This document shows, in pieces, positions 45,118 to 54,279 of a stretch of DNA of 64,000 bases (position 1 is the stretch's first letter; every line of letters starts with the position of its first letter). The stretch spans positions 66,503 through 130,502 of the forward strand of contig DASZVL010000013.1 of NCBI GenBank assembly GCA_035547035.1, read 5' to 3'. The notes beneath the pieces are model-generated. The model did no database searches. It was given only the letters and a program-made list of their open reading frames with translations, and was not told where the DNA came from. Source of the stretch: Mycobacteriales bacterium. Lineage in GTDB: Bacteria > Actinomycetota > Actinomycetes > JAFAQI01. Both the position numbers and the translations under genes were made by a program.

Positions 45118-46386
45118 ATGGCGACGGGTACGACCACGCGGGTTTTCCTTGCGCGCCTCGCGGATCTGACCGTCCTCGATCCGCAGGCCGACCAGGTCGG
45201 CCGAGTCCGCGACGCCGTGGTCGCGCTGCGCGGTGCCGGGGTCCAGCCGCGGGTGCTCGGGCTGGTCGTCGAGGTTCAGCCACGTCGCCGGGTCTTCGTT
45301 CCGATCGGACAGGTCACGAGCATCGACGCGGATGCGGTGATCGTCCGCGGCCGGATCAACCTGCGCCGGTTCGAGCGCCGCGCCGGCGAGACGCTGGCGA
45401 TCACCGAGCTGCTCGACCGCAAGGTCACCGTCATCGAGGACGGCAGTGCCGTCACCGTGGTCGACGTCGCCATGGAGCAGAGCCGCACCCGTGACTGGTT
45501 CATCACCCGCGTCGCGGTTCGGTCGCACGGGTCCGGGTTTCGCCGCCGCGGTCCGCTGCGCACCCTTGACTGGGAGGCGGTCAGCGGCTTCGCCCAGCAC
45601 GAGGAGGAGCAGGGCGCGGCGAACCTGCTCGCCGCCTTCGACCAGCTGTCGGCGCCCGACCTCGCCCACGTGCTGCACGAGCTGTCCGACAAGCGCCGCC
45701 ACGAGGTCGTCGCGGCACTCGACGACGCCCGCCTCGCCGATGTCCTCGAGGAGCTGCCCGAGGACGACCAGGTGGAGATCCTGGCGAGGCTGGAAGGCGA
45801 GCGAGCCGCTGACGTGCTCGAGGCCATGGGTCCGGACGACGCCGCCGACCTCCTCGGCGACCTCCCGTCGGATGAGGCGGAGCGCCTGCTCGGTCTGATG
45901 GAACCTGATGAGGCCGAGCCGGTGCGACGGCTGCTGAAGTACGCCGACAACTCGGCCGGCGGCATGATGACGAGCGAACCGGTGATCCTCCCTCCGGACG
46001 CGACAGTCGCTGAAGCCCTCGCGCGGGTTCGCGATCCGGAGCTGAGCCCGGCCCTCGCGGCACAGGTCTACGTGTGCCGGCCGCCGACGGAGACCCCGAC
46101 CGGGAAGTACGTCGGCACGGCTCACATTCAACGGCTGCTGCGAGAGCCGCCGTCCTCCCTCGTCTCCGGCGTCGTCGACACCCAGATCGACCCGCTCGGT
46201 CCGGACTGCTCGCTGCAGGAGGTCACTGCCTACCTGGCGACCTACAACCTCGTCGCCGTACCAATCGTGGACGACGCCGACCACCTGCTCGGGTCGGTGA
46301 CCGTCGACGACGTGCTCGACCACCTGCTGCCGGAGGACTGGCGCGAGCGTCCGACCGATGAGGCCGGAGCTGCGCATGGCACGTGA
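45118..46386 (+). CDS. MgtE N-terminal domain plus tandem CBS-domain protein (no transmembrane domain)
   Basis: MgtE_N-like acidic helical repeats followed by two CBS motifs; lacks the MgtE pore domain. Confidence 0.75.
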   Translation: MATGTTTRVFLARLADLTVLDPQADQVGRVRDAVVALRGAGVQPRVLGLVVEVQPRRRVFVPIGQVTSIDADAVIVRGRINLRRFERRAGETLAITELLDRKVTVIEDGSAVTVVDVAMEQSRTRDWFITRVAVRSHGSGFRRRGPLRTLDWEAVSGFAQHEEEQGAANLLAAFDQLSAPDLAHVLHELSDKRRHEVVAALDDARLADVLEELPEDDQVEILARLEGERAADVLEAMGPDDAADLLGDLPSDEAERLLGLMEPDEAEPVRRLLKYADNSAGGMMTSEPVILPPDATVAEALARVRDPELSPALAAQVYVCRPPTETPTGKYVGTAHIQRLLREPPSSLVSGVVDTQIDPLGPDCSLQEVTAYLATYNLVAVPIVDDADHLLGSVTVDDVLDHLLPEDWRERPTDEAGAAHGT

Positions 46387-46888
46387 GCGCCGCGCAACCT
46401 CTCGCCTCGACCAACCGCAGGAAACCCGGCGCGGCATCGTGCTGCCCCGCTACAACCCCGAGTCGATGGGACGGCTCTCCGAGCGGGTAGCGCGGTTCCT
46501 CGGCACCTGGCGGTTCATCGGCTACATGACGCTGTTCATCGGCGTCTGGCTGCTCTGGAACGTCGTCGCGCCGCACGGCTGGCGGTTCGACCCGCGATCG
46601 AAGAACTTCACGCTCCTCACGCTGCTGCTCTCGCTCCAGGCGTCGTACGCCGCACCCCTGATCCTGCTGGCGCAGAACCGGCAGGCCGACCGAGACCGAG
46701 TCCAGTACGAGCAGGACCGCGCGCTGTCCGAGCGGGCGGTCGACGACACGGAGTACCTCGCTCGCGAGATCGCGGCGGTCCGCGTGTCCTTGGGCGAGGT
46801 CGCGACGCGCGACTACCTCCGTGGCGAGCTGCAGCGCCTGTTGGAGGAGCTCAAACCCGACGACAACGAAGCGGATCCGAACGGGTAG
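46358..46888 (+). CDS. DUF1003-family membrane protein
   Basis: Two TM helices (FIGYMTLFIGVWLLWNVV, LLTLLLSLQASYAAPLILLA) plus charged coiled tail; overlaps the upstream gene (operon). Confidence 0.7.
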   Translation: MRPELRMARERRATSRLDQPQETRRGIVLPRYNPESMGRLSERVARFLGTWRFIGYMTLFIGVWLLWNVVAPHGWRFDPRSKNFTLLTLLLSLQASYAAPLILLAQNRQADRDRVQYEQDRALSERAVDDTEYLAREIAAVRVSLGEVATRDYLRGELQRLLEELKPDDNEADPNG

Positions 46889-46959
46889 CTGGCCGGGCCG
46901 CCGCAGAGTCCTGAGCGAAGCGAATGGCTTTGTGGGGTTGGACGTAATCTGGACTCATC

Positions 46960-48099
46960 ATGAGTGAGTCCACCTTGCCGAGCGTCGACGCCGTCACTGC
47001 CGCCCTCGCCACGGTCAAGGATCCCGAGATCCACCGCCCGATCACCGATCTCGGAATGGTCGATGACGTCGCGATCGCACTCGACGGGACGGTCGACGTC
47101 AAGATCCTGCTGACGACAGCGGGCTGCCCGCTGCGCGATCGCATCACCAACGACGTGACGACCGCGGTCGCTGCCGTCGCCGGAGTGACCAGCGTCCGGG
47201 TCGCACTCGACGTGATGAGCGACGAGCAGAAGCAGGCGCTGCGCAGCAAGCTGCAGGGCGGCCGGCCGCAACGCGAGATCAGCTTCGCCAAGGCCGGCTC
47301 GTTGACGAGGGTCTACGCCATCGCGAGCGGCAAGGGCGGGGTCGGCAAGTCCTCGACCACCGTCAACCTCGCGGCCGCGATGGCGCAGCAGGGTTTCACG
47401 GTCGGCATCGTCGATGCGGACGTCTACGGCCACTCGATGCCGCGCATGCTCGGGATCGAGACGCCCCCCGCCATCGTCGACGGCATGATCGTGCCTCCGG
47501 AGGCGCACGGCGTGCGCGTCGTGTCGCCTGGCATGTTCGTCGAAGGCAACCGGCCGATCGCCTGGCGCGGACCGATGCTGCACCGCGCTCTCGAGCAGCT
47601 GCTCGCCGACGTCTTCTGGGGCGACCTGGACGTGCTGCTGCTCGACCTCCCGCCGGGGACCGGCGACATCGCCATCTCGACCGCGCAGCTGCTTCCGGGT
47701 TGCGAGGTCGTCGTGGTCACCACTCCGCAGCTTGCCGCGCGTGAGGTGGCAGAGCGCGCCGGCGCCATCGCGACGCAGACCCGGCAACGACTGGCGGGCG
47801 TCATCGAGAACATGGCCGGCTTCGCCTGCCCGCACTGCGGTGAGCTCGTCGAGGTGTTCGGCTCAGGGGGCGGCCAAGCGGTTGCCGACAGCCTCACTCG
47901 GCTGATCGGCGCGCCGGTCCCGCTGCTCGGTTCCGTGCCGATCGAGCCGACAGTGCGTGAGGGCGGCGACTCCGGCACGCCTGTCGTCGTGAGCCACCCG
48001 GACTCGGCGGCGGCAAGGATGTTCGCTCAGATCGCGAGCACCCTCGCCGGCAAGGCCCGCGGCCTGGCCGGGCGTCCGCTGACCCTCACCCCGGTCTGA
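46960..48099 (+). CDS. mrp: Mrp/ApbC Fe-S cluster carrier ATPase with N-terminal DUF59
   Basis: IASGKGGVGKSSTTVNLAAAMA deviant Walker A, CPHCG Fe-S ligand motif. Confidence 0.9.
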   Translation: MSESTLPSVDAVTAALATVKDPEIHRPITDLGMVDDVAIALDGTVDVKILLTTAGCPLRDRITNDVTTAVAAVAGVTSVRVALDVMSDEQKQALRSKLQGGRPQREISFAKAGSLTRVYAIASGKGGVGKSSTTVNLAAAMAQQGFTVGIVDADVYGHSMPRMLGIETPPAIVDGMIVPPEAHGVRVVSPGMFVEGNRPIAWRGPMLHRALEQLLADVFWGDLDVLLLDLPPGTGDIAISTAQLLPGCEVVVVTTPQLAAREVAERAGAIATQTRQRLAGVIENMAGFACPHCGELVEVFGSGGGQAVADSLTRLIGAPVPLLGSVPIEPTVREGGDSGTPVVVSHPDSAAARMFAQIASTLAGKARGLAGRPLTLTPV

Positions 48100-48236
48100 C
48101 CTTCTTCAGCAACTTGGCCAACCGCTGGAGCATCCCACCCAACGATCCGGTGCTATCGCCCCTTCGTTGAGTTCGAGGTAGCACACAGAGGTGCGGGGGT
48201 GGAGCGCTCCAGCAACGTGACATTGCTGGGCAAGGT

Positions 48237-48566
48237 TCAGGTCGCGTCAGCGTCGTACGGCGGGCGCTCGCCCGGCTCGAGCACGGCGGTCACCGCCCGC
48301 CCCTGCGCTGCGGCTCTCGGCTCGTCGTCACCGAACAGCGCGTCCTCGACGAAGCGGCGCGGGTGCAGACCGCGCAGGTCGAGGTCGGCGAGCTCCGGGC
48401 CGAGCTCGGCCTTGAGGTCGGTCGCCGCGCCACGTGCCATCGCGCGCAGCTCACGCAACATCTTCGCCGCATCAGCGGCAGCCTTTGGGAGACGCTCGGG
48501 CCCGAAGACGATCAGACCGATGATCGCAAGCAGGAGGACCTCTTCCCAGCCGAGGTTCCCGAGCAC
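48237..48566 (-). CDS. tatB: Sec-independent translocase subunit TatB/TatA-like
   Basis: N-terminal TM plus amphipathic helix WEEVLLLAIIGLIVFGPERLPKAAADAAKMLREL. Confidence 0.75.
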   Translation of the reverse strand: MLGNLGWEEVLLLAIIGLIVFGPERLPKAAADAAKMLRELRAMARGAATDLKAELGPELADLDLRGLHPRRFVEDALFGDDEPRAAAQGRAVTAVLEPGERPPYDADAT

Positions 48567-48632
48567 GCCCTGAGCCTACGCGGGCTGCCTCGCCGGATCA
48601 CAGCAGCGCCGGACCGCAGCGGCGCCGAAGTA

Positions 48633-49892
48633 CTAACTGCTGCGCTGCGAGCCCAGCACCACGCTGACGGTCGACCGGTGCCCGTTCCGCAGGTAGGACA
48701 CCTGGATGGTCGAGCCCGGCAACCGCCGGCGGATCGCGACGATCAGCTCGTCCGCACTCGTGATTCGCTCGCCGTCCACCGCGACGATGACGTCACCCGG
48801 CTTGAGGCCCGCCCTGGCAGCCGGTCCGCCCGTCTTGATCGCCGAGCTGCCCGCGGTGCTGATCTTCGCGCCCTCACCGGCGTAGCCGGGGTCGAGGCTC
48901 ACACCGATGATCGCGTGGGTCGCGAACCCGCTGGTGATGATCTGCTCGGCGATGCGCTTCGCCTCGTTGATGGGAATGGCGAAGCCGAGCCCGATGCTTC
49001 CCGACTGCTGGTTCGTCAGCGACGCCGTGGACAGCGAGGCGATGGCCGAGTTGACGCCGACGACGCGACCTTGGTCATCGACAAGGGGCCCGCCGGAGTT
49101 GCCGGGATTGATCGCGGCGTCGGTCTGGATCGCATCGATGACGTCGTCGGCAACACCGGGTGCGCCACCTGCCTCCACCGGCCGGTTGAGTGCAGACACG
49201 ATTCCGCTGGTCACGGTGCCGGCGAGGCCGAGTGGTGAGCCGACCGCAACGACGGTGTCGCCGACCGCGAGGTCATCGGAGTTGCCGAGCGCGGCCGGCA
49301 TCAGGCCGCTGACGCCGGAGACCTTGATGACCGCGATGTCATCAACCGTGTCCGGCTCGCCGACAACTGTCGCGTGCACCTTCGACTTGTCGGGCAGAAC
49401 AACCGAGAGCGATCCGCCCTGCTTCGCCGCGGCGATCACGTGGTTGTTCGTCATGATGTAGCCGGACTTGCTCATCACGATCCCCGAGCCGGTGTCGCCG
49501 CCGGGGCCGAGCTTCACCTCGATCGACACGACGCTGGGCAGAATCCGGCTCGCGACAGCAGCGACCGAGTTGTCGGCACGGCCGGTCCGACCGACCGGTG
49601 CGGAGCTGGCGCCGAGGGTGATGGTCGTGACGTTTCCGTGCGCCGAACCATCGTGGTTGCGGGAGATCAACCCACCGATCGCTCCGCCGAGCACGGCGCA
49701 CAACAGTGCCATCAGGGCGGCGACGGTCCATGGGATGCCGACCGGGGACGGCTTCGAGCCCGGTTGCCGCGACGCGGGTTGGTGGGACTCCCACCACTGC
49801 GGCGGCGGCGGTTGAACCGCCGGAGGCGTCGGCGGCGGCAGCTGCGGGGGCGGCACGGGCGTCGGCGGCGGCCAGCTCCCCTGGTCTGTCAT
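48633..49892 (-). CDS. htrA: HtrA/DegP-family trypsin-like serine protease with PDZ domain
   Basis: Pro-rich cytoplasmic N-terminus, TM, catalytic GNSGGPL, His/Asp motifs (NNHV, DIAVIKV), C-terminal PDZ. Confidence 0.9.
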   Translation of the reverse strand: MTDQGSWPPPTPVPPPQLPPPTPPAVQPPPPQWWESHQPASRQPGSKPSPVGIPWTVAALMALLCAVLGGAIGGLISRNHDGSAHGNVTTITLGASSAPVGRTGRADNSVAAVASRILPSVVSIEVKLGPGGDTGSGIVMSKSGYIMTNNHVIAAAKQGGSLSVVLPDKSKVHATVVGEPDTVDDIAVIKVSGVSGLMPAALGNSDDLAVGDTVVAVGSPLGLAGTVTSGIVSALNRPVEAGGAPGVADDVIDAIQTDAAINPGNSGGPLVDDQGRVVGVNSAIASLSTASLTNQQSGSIGLGFAIPINEAKRIAEQIITSGFATHAIIGVSLDPGYAGEGAKISTAGSSAIKTGGPAARAGLKPGDVIVAVDGERITSADELIVAIRRRLPGSTIQVSYLRNGHRSTVSVVLGSQRSS

Positions 49893-49937
49893 GCGTACAT
49901 TCTCGCAACCGTCGCATCGGTCGTTACGCTGACGTCC

Positions 49938-50672
49938 GTGACCGAGCGCAGCGAGGCCGAGATCGCGCTTGCCAACTGGCAGTACGTCGAGGCGTGGCTC
50001 GAGGAGGACGCGCCCGCCACACAGGCACGCCCGAAGGGCCAGAGTCTGGGTGCGGTGCCGGTCGGCGCCGGTGGTGGCGCGATGCTGCGGTTCCTGGCAG
50101 CCAGCATCAACGCCCGCGCCGTCGTCGAGATCGGCACCGGAGCGGGCGTGTCCGGCACCTGGCTGCTACGCGGCATGGCGCCGGACGGCCTGCTGACATC
50201 GATCGACATCGAGCCCGAGCACCAGCGCGTCGCGAAGCAGACCTTCTTGTCGGCGGGCTTTCAGCTGTCCCGGTTCCGGCTGATCGCCGGCAACGCACTC
50301 GACGTACTGCCGCGCCTGACCGACGGCGCCTACGACATGGTGTTCGGCGACGCCAGCAAGGAGGAGTACGTCGGCTACTTCGACGAGGCGATCCGACTGC
50401 TCCGGCCAGGCGGCGTCGTCGCGTTCGACAACGCGCTGTGGCACGGTCGGGTCGCCGATCTCGGCAACCGCGACGCACCGACCGTCGCGGTGCGGGAGCT
50501 GCTCAAGCGAGTCCGCGACGACGAGCGCCTCATCCCGCTCCTCGTCCCGAACGGCGACGGGCTGCTCGCCGCGATCGTCCGCGGCGAGCCGGGCAACGCC
50601 GAGCCGGCGATCACGTCAGACCCAAAGAGCGCAGTTACAGAAGACCCGGCCACAGGCTCGCTCACCTTGTGA
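49938..50672 (+). CDS. class I SAM-dependent O-methyltransferase (caffeoyl-CoA OMT-like)
   Basis: VVEIGTGAGVSGTWLL SAM motif, DMVFGDASKEEY, VAFDNALW; GTG start at 49938, 45 bp from the divergent htrA start; six-frame ORF extends spuriously upstream. Confidence 0.7.
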   Translation: MTERSEAEIALANWQYVEAWLEEDAPATQARPKGQSLGAVPVGAGGGAMLRFLAASINARAVVEIGTGAGVSGTWLLRGMAPDGLLTSIDIEPEHQRVAKQTFLSAGFQLSRFRLIAGNALDVLPRLTDGAYDMVFGDASKEEYVGYFDEAIRLLRPGGVVAFDNALWHGRVADLGNRDAPTVAVRELLKRVRDDERLIPLLVPNGDGLLAAIVRGEPGNAEPAITSDPKSAVTEDPATGSLTL

Positions 50673-50746
50673 AAGCAATGTGGCATCGCATCCGCTTTTA
50701 GGCGCTGAAACAGCGAAAAAACGGAGTCAATGCCACATTGCTTCGG
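50671..50746. repeat. intergenic palindromic element copy C
   Basis: GAAAGCAATGTGGCATCGCATCCG ...27 nt... CGGAGTCAATGCCACATTGCTTCGG between the convergent OMT and glgC genes. Confidence 0.8.
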
Positions 50747-50750
50747 CAAC

Positions 50751-51989
50751 TCAGGTGGTGGGGATGATCTGACCCTTGCCGACGACGACGATTCCGCCCT
50801 CACTGACATAGAACCCGCGAGCGCGGTCCGCGGCGTGGTCGACGCCGACGTGCACACCGGGTGGGACGACGACGCCCTTGTCGATGATCGTCTTGCGCAA
50901 CACCGCGCCGCGCCCCACGTCGACGCCGTCGAGCAGGATGCTCTCGTCGACCTCGGAACCGGAGTGGATGTCGACCTTCGGCGACAGTACCGAGCGCCGA
51001 ACTCGAGCACCCGACACGACACATCCGGGCGACACGAGCGACTCGATCGCGCTTCCGATCCGGCCCGGCTCGTCGTACACGAACTTCGCCGGCGGCAGCG
51101 GCGGCGTTGCGGTGAGGATCGGCCACTGCGCGTTCCACAGGTTGAACGCCGGCCGCGCCGAGACCAGGTCCATGTGCGCATCGTGGTAGGAGTCGATGCT
51201 TCCGACGTCCCGCCAATAGCCGGCGTCACGTTCAGTCGCACCTGGGATGATGTTCGACGCGAAGTCGTACACGCCGACCTCGCCCGTCGCGACCAGAGCC
51301 GGGATGACGTCACCGCCGAGGTCGTGGTTGGACCGCTCGTCGAAGGCATCGCGTTTGACCGCGTCGACGAGCAACCGGGCGTCGAAGACGTAGTTGCCCA
51401 TCGATGCCAGCGTCATGTCGGGGTCGTCGGACAGTCCGGGTGGGTCGGCCGGCTTCTCCAGGAAGCTGTCGACCTTGCGGCCGTCGCTCGTGTGGATCAC
51501 ACCGAACGCGCTCGCTTGCTCGCGAGGCACCCGCAACCCGGCGACCGTGACACCAGCGCCCGATGCGATGTGGGCCTCGAGCATCTGGCGCGCGTCCATG
51601 CGATAGACGTGATCGGCGCCGAACACGACAACGTGTCGAGGCTGCTCGTCGTACACGAGGTTCAGCGACTGGTAGATCGCGTCGGCGGAGCCGGCGAACC
51701 AACGCGGGCCGAGGCGTTGCTGGGCCGGCACCGGCGTGACGTAGGTGCCGAGCATCGACGACATTCGCCAGTTCATCGAGATGTGGCGGTTGAGCGAGTG
51801 CGACTTGTACTGCGTGAGTACGACGATGCGTAACAGGTCGGAGTTGACCAGGTTGGACAGGACCATGTCGATCAGCCGGTAGATCCCGCCGAACGGCACC
51901 GCGGGCTTCGCCCGGTCCGCGGTCAGCGGCCACAACCGCTTGCCCTCACCGCCGGCGAGGACCATTCCCAGCACCCCGCGTGCCGCCAT
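50751..51989 (-). CDS. glgC: glucose-1-phosphate adenylyltransferase
   Basis: [42 protein letters not shown] motif; start trimmed from ORF end 52085. Confidence 0.9.
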   Translation of the reverse strand: MAARGVLGMVLAGGEGKRLWPLTADRAKPAVPFGGIYRLIDMVLSNLVNSDLLRIVVLTQYKSHSLNRHISMNWRMSSMLGTYVTPVPAQQRLGPRWFAGSADAIYQSLNLVYDEQPRHVVVFGADHVYRMDARQMLEAHIASGAGVTVAGLRVPREQASAFGVIHTSDGRKVDSFLEKPADPPGLSDDPDMTLASMGNYVFDARLLVDAVKRDAFDERSNHDLGGDVIPALVATGEVGVYDFASNIIPGATERDAGYWRDVGSIDSYHDAHMDLVSARPAFNLWNAQWPILTATPPLPPAKFVYDEPGRIGSAIESLVSPGCVVSGARVRRSVLSPKVDIHSGSEVDESILLDGVDVGRGAVLRKTIIDKGVVVPPGVHVGVDHAADRARGFYVSEGGIVVVGKGQIIPTT

Positions 51990-52047
51990 CTGATCATCTT
52001 TGCAGGTGACGACGCCACATCGCGGTTTACTACCGACGTGGTCGGCA

Positions 52048-52419
52048 ATGCGAAAGGAAGTCATGATCACTTGTCGAAGCGCCACGCCGCGCTACCTTGC
52101 CGTTGCCGCAGCGCTGGGCGTCGCGGTCCTCACTGGTTGCTCGAGCGCGTCGTCGGGCGGCAATCTGTCCCAGCACACCGGGTCCGCTGACAGCTCAGAG
52201 ACGTTCCACAACATCTCGCCGCGCGCCAACCACCTGATCCAGCGCACGCTGCCCCTGATGCGCGGGGTGGCGAGCAACACCTACCAGAATCGCGACCTGG
52301 TCGTGCGGTTCACCTCGTCCGCGGCCAAGGTCGACCAGACGAACGTGGAGAACGTCGTACACAACGACATCCAGGCCGCGCTCGCCAAACCCACCTCGAC
52401 GAGCAGCAAGAAGAAATGA
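52048..52419 (+). CDS. putative small lipoprotein
   Basis: Signal peptide with lipobox AVLTGCSS; 124 aa. Confidence 0.5.
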   Translation: MRKEVMITCRSATPRYLAVAAALGVAVLTGCSSASSGGNLSQHTGSADSSETFHNISPRANHLIQRTLPLMRGVASNTYQNRDLVVRFTSSAAKVDQTNVENVVHNDIQAALAKPTSTSSKKK

Positions 52420-52420
52420 G

Positions 52421-53935
52421 CTAGGCGGACTCGAGCCAGCGCAGGAAGGTCCGCACGCCGAAGCCTGTGGCGCCTTTCGTCACCTCGTCCTCGTCGCCGT
52501 CGGCTCGGGCCGGTCCAGCGACGTCGAAGTGCGCCCACGGCAGGCGGCCGGCGAACTCGCGGAGGAACAACGCTGCGGAGATCGACCCTCCGCTGTAGTG
52601 CTTGGCGGGATCGCCGATGTTGCGCAGGTCCGCGATCTCGGAGTCGAGGCCGTCGCGGTAGTCCTCGACGAGCGGCATCTGCCAGACCCGCTCACCGGCA
52701 TCAGCAGCAGCGGCGAGGAGCTCGTCGCGCAGGCCGCCCGCCGTCGCGTAGAAGGCGGCGTGCCGCTTGCCCAAGCCCAGGTACGCCGCTCCGGTCAGCG
52801 TCGCAATGTCCACCACGGCGTCGGGATTCAGCTCCGCTGCGGCGTAGGCGAGAGCGTCGGCAAGGACGAGCCGGCCCTCGGCATCGGTGTTGAGCACCTC
52901 ACTGGTCCGGCCGCCGTAGTGACGCAACACGTCGCCCGGCCGCATCGACGCCGCACCCGGCATGTTCTCGGCCATGGGCACCAGCGCGGTGACCCTCACC
53001 CCGATCTCGAGCGCGGCGAGTGCTGTCATGGTCGCGATCACCGCGGCGCCGCCTGCCATGTCGGTCTTCATGCTCGGCATGCCGTCGGGCGGCTTGATCG
53101 ACAGGCCGCCGCTGTCGAAGGTGATGCCCTTGCCGATCAGGACGACATGGCGGGTCGCGCCCTCCGGCGACCAGCTCGCTTCGAGCAGCCGCGGCGGCCG
53201 GGCCGAGCCCTGGCCCACGCCGACGATGCCGCCGAACCCCTCGGCTTGCAGCTCTGCCTCGTCGCGGACCCGGACCGTCACGCCGGCTGCCCGGCAGAGC
53301 TCTCCGGCGCGCATCGCGAGCCAGTCAGGAGACTTCTCCAGCGACGGCGTGTTGGCCAGGTCACGCGCGAGGTGTACGGCGTCGACGACAGCCGGTGCCT
53401 GGCGAAGCGCGGTGCGCACCGCGCGAGGATCTTCGACAAGGAGCTTCACGCGACGCAGCACGGGCGCCTCGGCCGCCTTGGCGACCGAGAACCGGTACGC
53501 CGCCAGCCCGATGCCCTCAGCCACGGCGCGCACGCCGGCGGCATCACGGCCGTCGGCGAGCGTCGTCGCGAGGGAGCGCGAAGCCTTCGCCCGCCGTACG
53601 ACGGCGGCAGCCGCCTTGCGCAACGCCCCCGTCGAGCCCTCGCCCGTTCCGGCGAGCAGGACGACGTCGACGCCGTCGCGGTGGACCGGGATGGCGACGA
53701 TCTCCCCGGGCTTGCCTGTCGCCTTCTCGGCCTTGAGGAACGCCGCGGCGTCGAGCTTGAGCGCTTTCAGCGCATCCGCGCCGCTTCCCAGCTCGGGGAG
53801 CCCGCGCTGCCGCGGGCTCGTGGGGATGGCGAGGACCGCGCCCGCGCCGAGGAGCGGGCCGCGGGCAGCGGTGATCGAAGGCGCGCCTGCCACCGGAGAG
53901 CGGCTAGCCGACTGCGGTCTTGAGGGCGTCTCCAA
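52421..53935 (-). CDS. pepA: leucyl aminopeptidase (M17 family)
   Basis: NTDAEGRL motif and M17 metal-ligand pattern, 504 aa; true start may lie downstream of 53935. Confidence 0.9.
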   Translation of the reverse strand: METPSRPQSASRSPVAGAPSITAARGPLLGAGAVLAIPTSPRQRGLPELGSGADALKALKLDAAAFLKAEKATGKPGEIVAIPVHRDGVDVVLLAGTGEGSTGALRKAAAAVVRRAKASRSLATTLADGRDAAGVRAVAEGIGLAAYRFSVAKAAEAPVLRRVKLLVEDPRAVRTALRQAPAVVDAVHLARDLANTPSLEKSPDWLAMRAGELCRAAGVTVRVRDEAELQAEGFGGIVGVGQGSARPPRLLEASWSPEGATRHVVLIGKGITFDSGGLSIKPPDGMPSMKTDMAGGAAVIATMTALAALEIGVRVTALVPMAENMPGAASMRPGDVLRHYGGRTSEVLNTDAEGRLVLADALAYAAAELNPDAVVDIATLTGAAYLGLGKRHAAFYATAGGLRDELLAAAADAGERVWQMPLVEDYRDGLDSEIADLRNIGDPAKHYSGGSISAALFLREFAGRLPWAHFDVAGPARADGDEDEVTKGATGFGVRTFLRWLESA

Positions 53936-54071
53936 GTGCGGTTGCCTCGTCGGGAGTCATCGCGACGACCAGACGGCCACCACCCTCGAGGGGCACGCGC
54001 ATGAGGATGTCACGTCCCTCCTTGGTCACCTCGAGCGGACCATCGCCCGTCCGCGGCTTCATGGCAGCCAT
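53904..54071 (-). CDS. DUF3117-family small protein
   Basis: MAAMKPRTGDGPLEVTKEGRDILMRVPLEGGGRLVVAMTPDEATALGDAL, conserved actinobacterial small protein; 3' end overlaps the annotated pepA start. Confidence 0.6.
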   Translation of the reverse strand: MAAMKPRTGDGPLEVTKEGRDILMRVPLEGGGRLVVAMTPDEATALGDALKTAVG

Positions 54072-54279
54072 GCGCGTGCTCCTTCGTTCGTCAGCTCGTC
54101 TGCGGGCCCGCAAGGGCCGGAGACCTCCATTATCGCGGACATTTGGGCCGCCTAGCGTCCTGAGTCAGAAGTTCGCCACCCAGGACACAAGCCGGCCGGC
54201 GTCACCGTCGGGCCCTGAACTGCGTCGGCCGGCACCACGCAGATGCGCGATACCGGCCGATGCAGAACTCAGTCGAGTG

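Noticed and set aside
49374-49937. N-terminal 188-codon extension of the O-methyltransferase ORF
   Set aside because: It is antisense to htrA and junk-like. The OMT fold begins near the GTG at 49938.
17010-50746. Possibility that the recurring palindromic repeats are a CRISPR array
   Set aside because: Copies are tens of kb apart, not regularly spaced, and have no spacer-repeat periodicity. They are dispersed REP/MITE-like elements.
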